In this document: piece by piece, positions 1 through 9,705 of the stretch
Numbering within the stretch: the stretch's first letter is position 1
Layout: each line of letters opens with the position of its first letter
Source: a virus
DNA: 64,000 nt
Virus record (IMG/VR): IMGVR_UViG_3300022699_000302
Span: 1-64,000 of that record
Strand: one strand, 5' to 3'
Notes under the pieces: generated by a model
The model's database searches: none
What the model was told of the DNA's origin: nothing
The model's input: the letters and a program-made list of their open reading frames with translations, nothing else
Translations under genes and position numbers: made by a program

Positions 1-1209
1 CGCTACCGAACCGGGGTTTTTCTGTCGGTCCTTTTTCGAGCGTGCTGTTTCCTCCAAACCCTCGTCCAGCAAGCAAACTGCTCCCGCAGCGTTGTAGAGA
101 ATCATCGACAACATCTTGCCGTCGTTGTACTTGAACGTGAAATTACGAGCCTCTTCCCGGGTCATCAGCCCAGCATCGACCAGGATCTTTCGGCCCATCT
201 CTATCAGCTCTTTCTCGAGCTTCTCTTCTTCGGGTCGAATCTTCTTCTCGTCGATGAGCTTCAGACGCTTACGGCTAAAGGCGAACCCACAGAGCTCAGC
301 ATCAGTAGCGGCATCGCCGCAGATCCTCTCGATATTCGCCCACTTAAGCATGCGCCGCTTCAGCAAACGCTTTCTGAAGTAGAAGAACAACCGAAGGCAG
401 ATCTCCGCGTCGATTCGGGCATACTTACGAAACAAGTATTCGCGACGCTTAATCAACTTATCGTACTCTTTCTTCATCCGATCGAGTCGCCGGTTCACTG
501 CTCGTATGATTTTGGGGGTGGGATCCTCGACGTTTTTGAAATTCTTGCCAAAGGGTTCTTTGAATTTGGCCTTGAGTTCCCGCCGCTCTTTAGGGGTCAG
601 ATCGGGATCAGCGTCCACCATGAGACGGTATTCTTTGTATGCTGCCCGTGCTTTTTTACGTCTATGGGTGGTCAACTTCCTCACCAAGACAGGAACCCGC
701 TTCTTCATCTTCTTAGCGGTTTTCTCCAGCTCTTTGAGGCGGTCGGGAATCTCGCCTTTCTTGAACAACTCCTTCAACGTCATCATCTTCCCGGTGCCCA
801 GGTACTTCTGCCCCAAGGCATCCAGACCAAGCGGCTTAGGCTCCTTATTGTTGCCACGATTGTCGTAGAGCCAGGCCAGGTTCATCGTGTCGATCACCGT
901 CGCCTTGACCTCTCGGATCGGACAGACATACCGATGGATGAACTTCATGTCGTAGGGCTTGTTATGCCATACGATCCGCATCTTGGGGTTGCGGAAGAAT
1001 GACTCGAGAATTCGGTAAGTGTTCTTGTTGTGCTCAACGATCGCGGACTTCAAGGCACTGCCTCGGCCGGCCGCAATCGAGTAGAAGTAGGGTTTAGCAG
1101 TGCGGGAATCCGCTGATGATGCTTCTGTGTCCAGAGCAAGGACCCCATCCTTCATGGCCTGCTCAAAGACCTCGTCGGGCTTGTTAGGCCCTAATTTCTT
1201 CGTAGACAT
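1..1209 (-). CDS. polA: Family A DNA polymerase, N-terminal 3'-5' exonuclease part (runs off window start)
   Basis: Not in ORF track (no stop in window). Manual translation from ATG 1209 (AAGGAG RBS) shows ExoI ALDTE, ExoII WHNKPYD, IDTMNLAWLYD and ExoIII YARID; open to base 1; next to SSB/primase/helicase. Confidence 0.85.
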   Translation of the reverse strand, partial: MSTKKLGPNKPDEVFEQAMKDGVLALDTEASSADSRTAKPYFYSIAAGRGSALKSAIVEHNKNTYRILESFFRNPKMRIVWHNKPYDMKFIHRYVCPIREVKATVIDTMNLAWLYDNRGNNKEPKPLGLDALGQKYLGTGKMMTLKELFKKGEIPDRLKELEKTAKKMKKRVPVLVRKLTTHRRKKARAAYKEYRLMVDADPDLTPKERRELKAKFKEPFGKNFKNVEDPTPKIIRAVNRRLDRMKKEYDKLIKRREYLFRKYARIDAEICLRLFFYFRKRLLKRRMLKWANIERICGDAATDAELCGFAFSRKRLKLIDEKKIRPEEEKLEKELIEMGRKILVDAGLMTREEARNFTFKYNDGKMLSMILYNAAGAVCLLDEGLEETARSKKDRQKNPGSVA

Positions 1210-1361
1210 TTCTACTCCTTGGCCTGTTCGCTCAGCAAGTCGCTGTCCGGTAGGCGATTCCGTGTCGTTTATGAGGTAGGAGGAGGACTGGCCGGGCACT
1301 ACCCCGGCCTTTGCAGCTGAACAGAGCAAAGCCGCGTCCTCTCTCCTCTATATGTCTAATT

Positions 1362-2852
1362 CTAGGCTTTAGCCTTCTTCTTTTTACCTCCTTTCTTCTT
1401 TTTGGAGCTCTTCTTCGAAGACTTGGCCTTAGTTGACTTCTTCTTGCCTGAGGTTGCCTTCTTCTTTTTCTTCTTGGGCTTCTCTTCTTCCTCAGGATTC
1501 TCGTCAACGTAATCGAAGGCTTCAGGATCGTCATCCTTGAGGGGCACTACGTCCTCAGTGTCATCCTCGGTCGGAAGTTCTGCGGCGTCGAGTTCGATAT
1601 CCTCTTCTGCTAGCTCGTCGGGCTCGTCCTCGTCGTCTTCGTCCTCTTCAGACTCTTCCTCATTTTCGTCGGAGTCATCGGAGTCTTCTTCCTCGCCTTC
1701 ATCTTCTTCATCCGACTCTTCTTCATCCGACTCTTCTTCACCGTCGTCGGATTCTTCTTCATATTCCTCCTCTTCTTCGTCCTCGCCAAAAAGGGCAGCT
1801 TCTTCCTCTTCTTCCTCTTCCTCGCCGTCGTCCATTTGATCAGCGATTTTGTCCTTCAAGCCCGACAGAGAAGCTTCACCGAATAGATCGATGTCCTCGT
1901 CGTCGTCATCATCGTCGATATCGGTCGAGATGATGTCGTCTTCTTTGACGAAGCGAAACTTGTTGTTGAGGGAAGTAGCGTTGGCGATCAGAAGCTTCTG
2001 CTCTTCAGGAGAGGCCACCGGGAATGCATCCTCAATACGAAGCCAAGAGATCTTCTTCTGCTTCGCCATTTTCTTCAGCTTCTTGAGAAACGCGACCGGA
2101 TCGGTCAGCTTCGGCTTGTCGTTCATGTCGCGGTCGATCTCCAGACGTTCTCCGATTGCTCGGGATTGCTGGTTGGTACCGCGACTGATGATGTAGTGCG
2201 CGCCGATCAGCGTGCCGTCTTCGAAGTGATCAGACTTACGCTTGAAGCCGTAGCGCCCGAAGTCCTTAGCCAGGGTGTCGAGGAGAGCAGTATCTCGTTC
2301 AGTAATCACGAGATAGACCAGACGCGGCCCGATTTTCTCTCCGTTCTTCTTGGTGTAGGTGTGATCGGTGTACGCAATGCAGACTGCGTAAGCCTTGGGC
2401 TCATTGCCGAAGAGCTCGTGCTCACAGTACTGGCACTTCGCCGAGTCTTCGCCGGCGACCATGTCAAACCCGTCTTCCCTCGGAATGAGATCGGTGACAC
2501 GGCTGCATCGCTGCAAGGTGTAATCCGCCTTACCCCAACGATCGTTCCAGCGCGTCGGCATCATGTGACCAGCGAACCAAACCAGGTCCGTGGCCAGGAT
2601 CAACCGGGCCTCTTCACCGCGCTGAAGACGGAACGTGTTCTCAAACTTCGGTCCTTCCCTCTTGGCTTTACCGGGGTACTGGAATCCCCTCATCGCTGCC
2701 TCTGAATTAGCCGCTTGGCCCTTCATACCTACCACGCCCTTATAAGGCGAGTTCTTGAGCCGCTTGGCTAAGAGGTCGTCCGCCGACGATCCGAAGACGT
2801 CAGCCGACTCAGAAGCCTTTCGAGACTTTTTCGACTTCCTTTTCTTTGCCAT
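1362..2852 (-). CDS. Putative gp32-like single-stranded DNA-binding protein with very long acidic tail and Lys-rich termini
   Basis: FRLQRGEEARLIL..H..C..CQYC pattern resembles phage gp32-type SSBs; D/E-rich C-terminal third; lies between primase and polymerase. Confidence 0.6.
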   Translation of the reverse strand: MAKKRKSKKSRKASESADVFGSSADDLLAKRLKNSPYKGVVGMKGQAANSEAAMRGFQYPGKAKREGPKFENTFRLQRGEEARLILATDLVWFAGHMMPTRWNDRWGKADYTLQRCSRVTDLIPREDGFDMVAGEDSAKCQYCEHELFGNEPKAYAVCIAYTDHTYTKKNGEKIGPRLVYLVITERDTALLDTLAKDFGRYGFKRKSDHFEDGTLIGAHYIISRGTNQQSRAIGERLEIDRDMNDKPKLTDPVAFLKKLKKMAKQKKISWLRIEDAFPVASPEEQKLLIANATSLNNKFRFVKEDDIISTDIDDDDDDEDIDLFGEASLSGLKDKIADQMDDGEEEEEEEEAALFGEDEEEEEYEEESDDGEEESDEEESDEEDEGEEEDSDDSDENEEESEEDEDDEDEPDELAEEDIELDAAELPTEDDTEDVVPLKDDDPEAFDYVDENPEEEEKPKKKKKKATSGKKKSTKAKSSKKSSKKKKGGKKKKAKA

Positions 2853-3814
2853 AGATCTTCCCCAATCGTGAGTGTGCTCTTGTACTGCTCGGCTGTCATT
2901 TCCTTGGGATCAGCCGGCAACTTTGGTGTGTAAATTACAGCTTCCGGATAATACTTCCTCATTACCTTTTTTGACTTCTTGATTCCCTCCTGTCCGGCTA
3001 CATCTGGATCGAGAAGCAGCCAAATCGTATCGATCTCCATGTGACGCAAAAGCTTTGCCTGGCCGGGTCGGATCGAAGATCCGAAGCAGGCAGCTGTGTT
3101 ATTCACTCCGACTTCATAAGCGTGTACCGCATCTAGCGGGCCCTCAAAGAGAGCCGCTTCACTGGGCTCGAGCAGTCCCTCGGTTCCGAGTAGATGCTCG
3201 CCGAACAAGTGGTCCCTGGCATTGAATTTCAGGGTCGTTAAATACTTGTTTTCGCTAGAGTTTTCAGCCACGGACCGAGATTGGGCGCCTACTATTCGGC
3301 CGTCTCGAGTCACGCAAGGCAGCATAATCGAGCCTGATTCAATGTCAACGCCGATCTTGAACGCTTTCGTTCCCCTGCCCGTAACCCCCTTCGATTTCAA
3401 CCACTTCCGAGGAAGCAACTTTTTGTGTTTCCTGTATTGCTTGTAGTAGAGTTTGGTGTAGTCGATATCGTCGGGATCGTAGGTCAGGTCAATCTCAGCC
3501 TTGAATCTGCGCCCTCCGCTCTTTTCAAGCTGTTCTGCTAACTTCAGAGCTGACTTGAATCGAGGGGATTTCTCGCAGGCTTTCCGTAGCAGCTGGACAA
3601 GCGGCATCTTCGTGTCGCAAACCCAGCATCCCGCCCAGCTCTCCCCGTCATCACAGATGCGAGCCCATCCATGGGTTTTACGGCTGATTTGGTATTTGTG
3701 CTCCCGAGAGTAGGGAGCCATGAAACAAGGAAAAGCGATGTGATCGTCGCCAGATCGCTTGATCGGTACAGCGTCGAGTTGTCGGAGTACGTCTACAAGC
3801 GAGTGATAGTCCAT
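2768..3814 (-). CDS. dnaG: DnaG-like DNA primase (Zn finger + TOPRIM)
   Basis: PC..H..CWVC zinc-binding region; TOPRIM motifs FEGPLD and LLLDPDVAG. Confidence 0.85.
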   Translation of the reverse strand: MDYHSLVDVLRQLDAVPIKRSGDDHIAFPCFMAPYSREHKYQISRKTHGWARICDDGESWAGCWVCDTKMPLVQLLRKACEKSPRFKSALKLAEQLEKSGGRRFKAEIDLTYDPDDIDYTKLYYKQYRKHKKLLPRKWLKSKGVTGRGTKAFKIGVDIESGSIMLPCVTRDGRIVGAQSRSVAENSSENKYLTTLKFNARDHLFGEHLLGTEGLLEPSEAALFEGPLDAVHAYEVGVNNTAACFGSSIRPGQAKLLRHMEIDTIWLLLDPDVAGQEGIKKSKKVMRKYYPEAVIYTPKLPADPKEMTAEQYKSTLTIGEDLWQRKGSRKSLERLLSRLTSSDRRRTTS

Positions 3815-3816
3815 AT

Positions 3817-4014
3817 CTACACCCAGCTTTCCAGGGCATCAACTAACCCAACAGGACCGAGACGATCGGTTAGATAGCGTACCATCTCCTCTTCTCCTGC
3901 AGCGGATAGCTCGTCGGATTCGTGATCTTTTTCGGCGCGAACCGCCATAGAGAGGACCCGTAGCAGCTCCTCTTCTCCGTGTTTTTCTCGGAAGTCTTCA
4001 ATCCTGTTTGTCAT
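3817..4014 (-). CDS. Hypothetical protein (65 aa)
   Basis: ORF fills gap in replication operon, overlaps upstream gene. Confidence 0.6.
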   Translation of the reverse strand: MTNRIEDFREKHGEEELLRVLSMAVRAEKDHESDELSAAGEEEMVRYLTDRLGPVGLVDALESWV

Positions 4015-4312
4015 CGAGGTCCTCCCAGTCTTCGACGCTCACCGGCATTTTGGTTTCGATCCAGACCCGAGCGCCGCAACTCAGCGGCTTCTCCGGCCTG
4101 TAGACCACAACAGCGAGGTCGTTTCCTTCTTCGTCGTAAATGATTAAGCGTCGTCCCTTGAGATTCTCCTTACCGGTTTTGCACGTTATCACCGGGTCCT
4201 GGGTCCCGTGCTTCTGGTTCTTTTTGATCGCATGCTGATTTATGTGAATCCGCTTGATTCGTTTCGAGAAGTCACCTGTTGACTTCTTCAGTGGTCCATC
4301 TAATAGGCCCAT
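3998..4312 (-). CDS. Conserved phage hypothetical protein
   Basis: IHINQH..PVITCK..YRPEKPLSCGARVWIET is a signature I recognise from many phage proteins of unknown function; GGGAGG RBS. Confidence 0.7.
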   Translation of the reverse strand: MGLLDGPLKKSTGDFSKRIKRIHINQHAIKKNQKHGTQDPVITCKTGKENLKGRRLIIYDEEGNDLAVVVYRPEKPLSCGARVWIETKMPVSVEDWEDLDDKQD

Positions 4313-4323
4313 CTTGGCCTCCC

Positions 4324-5637
4324 TTACATTATTTTCGCTTCCGCATCTTCGAGCTCTTCTGGGCTCTGTTTCTTCAGTGATTTAATGAAGTCCCAATTGC
4401 ATGCATTGAGGTCGGCTTTGTACCGAAACCCTACATCGGTTGCTCCCTCACGAGCCTTGAGACAGGTGATATCGATAAACTCCTGTTTAGCCCTAGCTTG
4501 CCAGATAAAGCTGGAGTATGCGTTGATAGCGTCTCCGTAAGCCGTCGCAGACATTCCGCTCTGACCACTGCGGTTTTGGTGCGAGGTGAACATGCAGGCA
4601 AATTTCCGTCGAACAACCATGTCTTTCAGACGGATAAAAAGATGGCGTACTTTGACGTGATCATCGTCCGAAGATTCATCGGTAACAAGCCCGATAATGT
4701 TGTCGAGGAACGCGACCGAGCATCCAAAGTCGTCCATCTGGGACTCGATCGACTCAACAGTGGTAATCGATGAGGGCCCTGCAACATGCAGGTTCTGTCG
4801 AAGGGGACGCCACTTTTTCAGCTTGAATGCTTTCTTCAATCTCTTTTCGTCTTCAGCATCAAGAGCACCGTGACAGAACTTGGTGTAGGGTAGATTGAAG
4901 AGAAGAGCAGCGACTCGCCATCGGGTCTCGAGTTGTGACATTTCAGTCGAGTGCAGCAGGGTCTTGTAGCCGGCTTGAGCAGAATGGCCGGCACAGAAGT
5001 CGAGCAGGAAGGTCTTCTTCATGCCCGGTCGTGCCAGTAATCCTACCAAGTGCCCGTATGGGAGACCTCGCATATGGAACGAGATCTGAGGAAAAGGCAA
5101 CGGAATGCCGTAAGCCTCACCGCTCTTTCGAGCCATGTACTCCTCGAGGACGTCCTCTCCTCGCCCATATTTCTCAGTCTTTTCGGTGTAGTCGGTTTGC
5201 AGGTCTTCGAGAGTCGAAACTCTTTTTCTAAGGGTATCGATGAGGTCCTTGAGCTCCTCCTCTTCCATGGGGGTAAAGAGGTCCTCTTCCTCCTCGATTT
5301 CCTCTGCTCCCTGGACTCTTTCTATGACCGGTCCGCACATCGCTTGAAGATCGGCATAGGTGGTTAACGCCTCCCGGGTAGCCACCTCCCGAATAGCAGC
5401 GTCCACGACATAACGAACCGGCTCATCGGTAGGTGTGAAGGTCAGTCCCTCGAATTTCTTCGATACGATGTCCGAAGATGGGGCCTTCTTGAACTTCGAG
5501 TGAAACTGGAATATCGAGTTGACTATTGCCCTTTCGCGTTCCTCGAACACTTCGGGATTAAGGCTGGTCTTCTTCACCGCCTTACAGCGCCGACCGTCGG
5601 TCAAGGTCCATAGGAGTTTATTGAACGCTGCACCCAT
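4324..5637 (-). CDS. dnaB: DnaB-like replicative helicase
   Basis: LLARPGMKKT (variant Walker A), STEM, FLDN (Walker B region), HQNR; adjacent to primase. Confidence 0.85.
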   Translation of the reverse strand: MGAAFNKLLWTLTDGRRCKAVKKTSLNPEVFEERERAIVNSIFQFHSKFKKAPSSDIVSKKFEGLTFTPTDEPVRYVVDAAIREVATREALTTYADLQAMCGPVIERVQGAEEIEEEEDLFTPMEEEELKDLIDTLRKRVSTLEDLQTDYTEKTEKYGRGEDVLEEYMARKSGEAYGIPLPFPQISFHMRGLPYGHLVGLLARPGMKKTFLLDFCAGHSAQAGYKTLLHSTEMSQLETRWRVAALLFNLPYTKFCHGALDAEDEKRLKKAFKLKKWRPLRQNLHVAGPSSITTVESIESQMDDFGCSVAFLDNIIGLVTDESSDDDHVKVRHLFIRLKDMVVRRKFACMFTSHQNRSGQSGMSATAYGDAINAYSSFIWQARAKQEFIDITCLKAREGATDVGFRYKADLNACNWDFIKSLKKQSPEELEDAEAKIM

Positions 5638-6182
5638 TAGAGCCTCCCTGTGTCCTTATAAAACTTCGGGTCCCAATACAGCACGGTTCGCCCGATTCGT
5701 GACGACAGCAAAGGGTAACCAGAATACCCGTCGATTGTTTCAGCTTCATGACGAGACCTGGCAGGGGGTATGTTGTAGCCACATACGATAGTTCGCTGGT
5801 CTTCGGCCCATCGCCGATAGATATACCCGTCAAGGATGGACGAGACGCTGGAAGGCACTAGGGACAACTCAGAGATCACCATTACCTCAGCGTCTTCCAG
5901 CATCTCTTCAGCACTGTCGAATCCGCAAATCGCCCCGTTTCGTTTGATCATTCCCATGTATCGGGTAGCACTGAAGTACCCCAAGGTCTGCCCGGTTTCT
6001 CGGCACAGAGTCATGGCCAGAGCTGCGGCTGAGATAAGAGATTCGGCATAGAGACCGGGAACATCCACGATATGGTCTAACTCGGCCGCGCATGCTGCAA
6101 CTTCAGCCAGGACGTCTTTGTGCTTCTTCCTGACAAGATTAGCTAACCGCTCTACTTTGGGCGGAAACACGTTTTCTATCAT
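5637..6182 (-). CDS. Degenerate DnaC/IstB-like AAA+ protein (possible helicase loader, no Walker A)
   Basis: Spacing of LGYFSA, VMVISEL, YIYRRW..TIVCGYN resembles DnaC/IstB family; coupled to the helicase gene. Confidence 0.45.
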   Translation of the reverse strand: MIENVFPPKVERLANLVRKKHKDVLAEVAACAAELDHIVDVPGLYAESLISAAALAMTLCRETGQTLGYFSATRYMGMIKRNGAICGFDSAEEMLEDAEVMVISELSLVPSSVSSILDGYIYRRWAEDQRTIVCGYNIPPARSRHEAETIDGYSGYPLLSSRIGRTVLYWDPKFYKDTGRL

Positions 6183-7015
6183 CTGCCCTCCTTTGCTTTC
6201 TCAATCACGTCTAAGACGTATTCGTTGGCAATGTGCTTTTTGTATTCCTCCAATCGATACCGATAGACTTCTATTTCGTCTCCAAATTCATCAAGGATCC
6301 TGATAAGGACGAGGGAGCCACGTACTGCGGCTTCGGCTGTATACTCGTCTTTGGCTGAATCACTGGCCAAAAACCAGTCCACAGTCCCAACAGGCAAGAG
6401 CCGGTCTCGACACTTATCCCCCAGTGTTGAGCGGTATGCGGCTAAGCGCCGCAGGCTCAGGGGGTGGGACGGAAGGCCCATGTCTTTGCAGATAGCTCGG
6501 ATGTTTTTAGCGATCCAATAAAGGCTTCTACATATCCCTCGAGGAGATGCTTCTAGGCGTCGGAACTCCTTAACTATTGAGCCAAAAATCTGGGTGACTT
6601 TGGCGTAAGAGTCTCCTTCTTCCATTCCTCGAATCTCGACAACTTCGATGTCTCGGGGAAGGAGTCGGAGGAACTCTTCAAGATAATCCCGGAAGGTCCA
6701 TCGCTTGAGGTCGGCATCCAAGCCTTCATTGTCATATCGGTACTTTGTGTTGAATCGAACAGAGATCGGTTGTTCCAGTTTTTTCTTTTCCCGTCTCTTA
6801 CGTTTCTTCCGGTATTTCTCCTGTCGTGCCCTCGTCTTTCCCGAGGTGTCCTCAAAGAAGTTCGACATCGACTTTTCATCGCCGTCGTCTTCAACTTCTT
6901 CGGGTCGTTCTCCTGTGAGCTTAGCTACAAAATCGGCCGCTCTTGTAGTTCTTCTTCGATTGCTTTTAGAAACATGGTTGGATCCAGAAGAGCCCGATTT
7001 ACGACGACGCGCCAT
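6179..7015 (-). CDS. Hypothetical protein with Arg/Lys-rich N-terminus
   Basis: 278 aa ORF, AAGGAG RBS, coupled to next gene. Confidence 0.7.
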   Translation of the reverse strand: MARRRKSGSSGSNHVSKSNRRRTTRAADFVAKLTGERPEEVEDDGDEKSMSNFFEDTSGKTRARQEKYRKKRKRREKKKLEQPISVRFNTKYRYDNEGLDADLKRWTFRDYLEEFLRLLPRDIEVVEIRGMEEGDSYAKVTQIFGSIVKEFRRLEASPRGICRSLYWIAKNIRAICKDMGLPSHPLSLRRLAAYRSTLGDKCRDRLLPVGTVDWFLASDSAKDEYTAEAAVRGSLVLIRILDEFGDEIEVYRYRLEEYKKHIANEYVLDVIEKAKEGR

Positions 7016-7572
7016 TGGTTCTCCTTCTCTTCGAGCAGCAGAGGGATTGTACGCATTACCGCCACCCGTGCTGCATGGGTCAATGCAGACAAGAGATACC
7101 GGATATACCGCTGCAGCAAGACAGCCTTATAGCCCTGGGCTGCTGAAATCAGACCTGTCCGTACATTACGGTCTTGTTTGTGTGCTGCCGATGATTTCTC
7201 GAATACCTCCCTTTGCCGACGATAATCTCCAATGCACCGGGTGAGATCAGTGCAAAAGCCACGGATATTTTTCGTCGTGTGGTCGATATTACCGTCCAGC
7301 TTTACGGCATTCAAGTAATGAGCGAGTTCGTCTTCGATATCCGACGGATACTCCTTCAGGTTCGTGGGTGGTGTGCTAGACGGATAAGAGGAGTAACTGG
7401 ATTGGGCCAGGGATCGGATGTGCTTGGGGTGTGCACCGAGCGTTGTTGCGGCCCCCAGGATTTCGTTGTCACGAAAGACTTTTTCTGTCGCCTCAGCTGC
7501 TTTTTCTTGGGGAAGATTGAAGACAGTGTGAATCACTACATCACCTTCAATCTGTACTCTTCCGTACAGCAT
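6925..7572 (-). CDS. Hypothetical protein (start moved to MLYGRV)
   Basis: CAGGAG RBS before ATG 7572; the longer track start lies inside a terminator. Confidence 0.65.
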   Translation of the reverse strand: MLYGRVQIEGDVVIHTVFNLPQEKAAEATEKVFRDNEILGAATTLGAHPKHIRSLAQSSYSSYPSSTPPTNLKEYPSDIEDELAHYLNAVKLDGNIDHTTKNIRGFCTDLTRCIGDYRRQREVFEKSSAAHKQDRNVRTGLISAAQGYKAVLLQRYIRYLLSALTHAARVAVMRTIPLLLEEKENQWRVVVNRALLDPTMFLKAIEEELQERPIL

Positions 7573-7596
7573 TGCATCTCCTGGTAAAAATGAATG

Positions 7597-7626
7597 AATA
7601 AAAGGGGGCACCTTGACGGTGCCCCC
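7597..7626 (-). terminator. Intrinsic terminator ending the E1/peptidase cluster
   Basis: GGGGGCACC/GGTGCCCCC stem followed by TTTTATT on minus strand. Confidence 0.8.
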
Positions 7627-7641
7627 AATTAGTGATCCAGG

Positions 7642-9705
7642 TTACGAAATGACCGTAGACCGCACCGCTAGCTCCTTCTGAAGGAGTGTAATGAGCAGTT
7701 TTCGATCATCGTCGCTATAGCTGGTATCAGCTTCCAGCTCCTGGATTCGTTTCATGATTTCATCGGGTGTTGAGCCTTCCATAATCGAGGCACGATTGAT
7801 CAGTTCTATCTCGCGCTTCGATACCTCTGTAATGAGGTCGGAAGGCACCGAATTATCCGGTATCTGGCTCTCGTACTTTTCATTGGGTGGACCCGCTACG
7901 AACATCCACTTGTCCTTCGGACAGTGCCACGCCCCGCCCTCGAATCCCTTCGGAAGCGTCAGCGGCTTCACGTTTGCCGGGATCTTATCGTAGTGGCGGT
8001 AGCTGTTGTCGTCGCACTTTGCGAATCCGTGGGGGCAGTCCGGAAAATCTTTTGGGTCCGGTATCATCTCGAGGTTATGGGGCTTGATCGTCAGAGGAAG
8101 ATCTGAGTCAGAAGTCGCAGAAGAGCTCCCCGAAGAGCCCCGGCCACCCCCCGAATTCGCCGAGGAACCGTGCTTCGTCCTCGTCGACCTCTGACTTTTG
8201 GGAGGGTTTTTGGAACCCTTCCCTCCTTTCTCCTTGGGAGGTTCGACATACGTGCCGTCCTTTTTCTGCTGGGCAACACGTTTGTCCCACTCCGTACTGG
8301 ATTCGTCCCACGACCGCATCTTGAAGCCTTTGTATTCGCAATTCCACGGATCGAGGATGTACTCGTACTCGGCTTCAGGAATGTCAGGCGGGTCCGTCTC
8401 GTATTCGACAGCATCTTTCCGAGCCAGGATAATCGAAAGCTGCCATTTCGCGGGAATCTTATCGCGAGGGGCTAAGAACTCAGCGTGTCCGCCACCGGCG
8501 GCGTAGCTGGGAGATTTCGATGATCCTTGGACTCGTGTCGAGTAGAAGACGATAGATCCGGGGAACGGGCGGTCGTGGAACTCAAACCGGAATTGTTTGT
8601 AGACCTCAGAGGCCAGCTCCGAGAACTGCTCGTCCGGCATCTCCTTCCCGTCGTTATCCTTGCGGTATTGATCGAGGAAAGCCTCGATGAAATCATCGTT
8701 GGAGATGCTGTGATCCTGGATTGCCATGGGGTTGATCCCGAGGACTTGCATCCAGGCCGGCGCGTCTTTGTGGGTCGACATTCCTTTGCGGACCCTGACA
8801 CCGGAGATTCGGAGATTGTATGGCCCAACCAGCTTGTTGATCACGGTGCAAGCAGTACTGAGAGGTAAGCCGGTGTGTTCGACCAGCGGACACTCCTTGT
8901 ACCACGACTCATCAGTATTGGCCAACGAGCCGCCGTGCATGCACTCGATGTACTTCTTGGTCGCACGATAGGCGCAGTCAAGGACACTGCCTCGATTGGC
9001 TGTCTTTTTCTCCTTTGTCCATCCAGCTTTATCGATGGTATAGAGTTCGTAGGACAGGCTACTGTCTTTCGGCGAGAAGGTTGTCGGTTTGATACCAGCA
9101 GCCTTCAGAGCTCCAAGCAGTTTCTTCTCTGTCGATGACCAAACATAGTCATCGTACTTCTCCTGGCCTCCCGAGTCGGTGTACCCGATATAGAACTTCG
9201 GTACCGTTGTCGAAGAGGAGGAGTAGAACCCTCCAGAATTCCAGTTTTTGTTTTTCCCCATATCGTTCTCATCGTCCCATCCCGAGCTGTAAGGATAACC
9301 GGAAGAACCTCCCCAGCTGGACCCGATCGGAACATCGACATCGGTGTCTTTGGGACCCAGCTTCAGGAGCGTGCCCGAGGGATACTTGAAATCAAACCCC
9401 ATGGCCGGATCGATTGAAGACTTGGCCTTTTTCAGGATTTCGAACACGTTCTGGGAGATCGAGACGATCTCGGAGACCTTAGATCCCCCGATGATCTTCT
9501 GCCTCTTCTCCTGTGCTTTCCTGCCTCGCACATTATGGTAGAGGCAGGTGACCATCGTCCCGTTGATCGTCAGCCACTTACCGTCACCCTTCTGATTGGG
9601 TGGCGGCTGGTTCTTCTTGTTCTTCTTGCTCTTCCCGGACTTCTTCTTGCTCGAGTTTTTCGGCTTGCCCGGTTTCTGATTCTTCTTCTTGGTCTGGTTC
9701 GCCAT
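7642..9705 (-). CDS. Putative papain-fold cysteine peptidase with low-complexity Lys/Gly/Ser regions
   Basis: N..DCAYRA (candidate catalytic Cys) and GGGHAEF (candidate His); directly downstream of ThiF/E1 gene. Confidence 0.5.
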   Translation of the reverse strand: MANQTKKKNQKPGKPKNSSKKKSGKSKKNKKNQPPPNQKGDGKWLTINGTMVTCLYHNVRGRKAQEKRQKIIGGSKVSEIVSISQNVFEILKKAKSSIDPAMGFDFKYPSGTLLKLGPKDTDVDVPIGSSWGGSSGYPYSSGWDDENDMGKNKNWNSGGFYSSSSTTVPKFYIGYTDSGGQEKYDDYVWSSTEKKLLGALKAAGIKPTTFSPKDSSLSYELYTIDKAGWTKEKKTANRGSVLDCAYRATKKYIECMHGGSLANTDESWYKECPLVEHTGLPLSTACTVINKLVGPYNLRISGVRVRKGMSTHKDAPAWMQVLGINPMAIQDHSISNDDFIEAFLDQYRKDNDGKEMPDEQFSELASEVYKQFRFEFHDRPFPGSIVFYSTRVQGSSKSPSYAAGGGHAEFLAPRDKIPAKWQLSIILARKDAVEYETDPPDIPEAEYEYILDPWNCEYKGFKMRSWDESSTEWDKRVAQQKKDGTYVEPPKEKGGKGSKNPPKSQRSTRTKHGSSANSGGGRGSSGSSSATSDSDLPLTIKPHNLEMIPDPKDFPDCPHGFAKCDDNSYRHYDKIPANVKPLTLPKGFEGGAWHCPKDKWMFVAGPPNEKYESQIPDNSVPSDLITEVSKREIELINRASIMEGSTPDEIMKRIQELEADTSYSDDDRKLLITLLQKELAVRSTVIS

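Noticed and set aside
1537-2196. Ser-rich plus-strand ORFs (1537..1839, 1849..2196)
   Set aside because: Antisense shadows of the Glu/Asp-rich tail of the SSB gene
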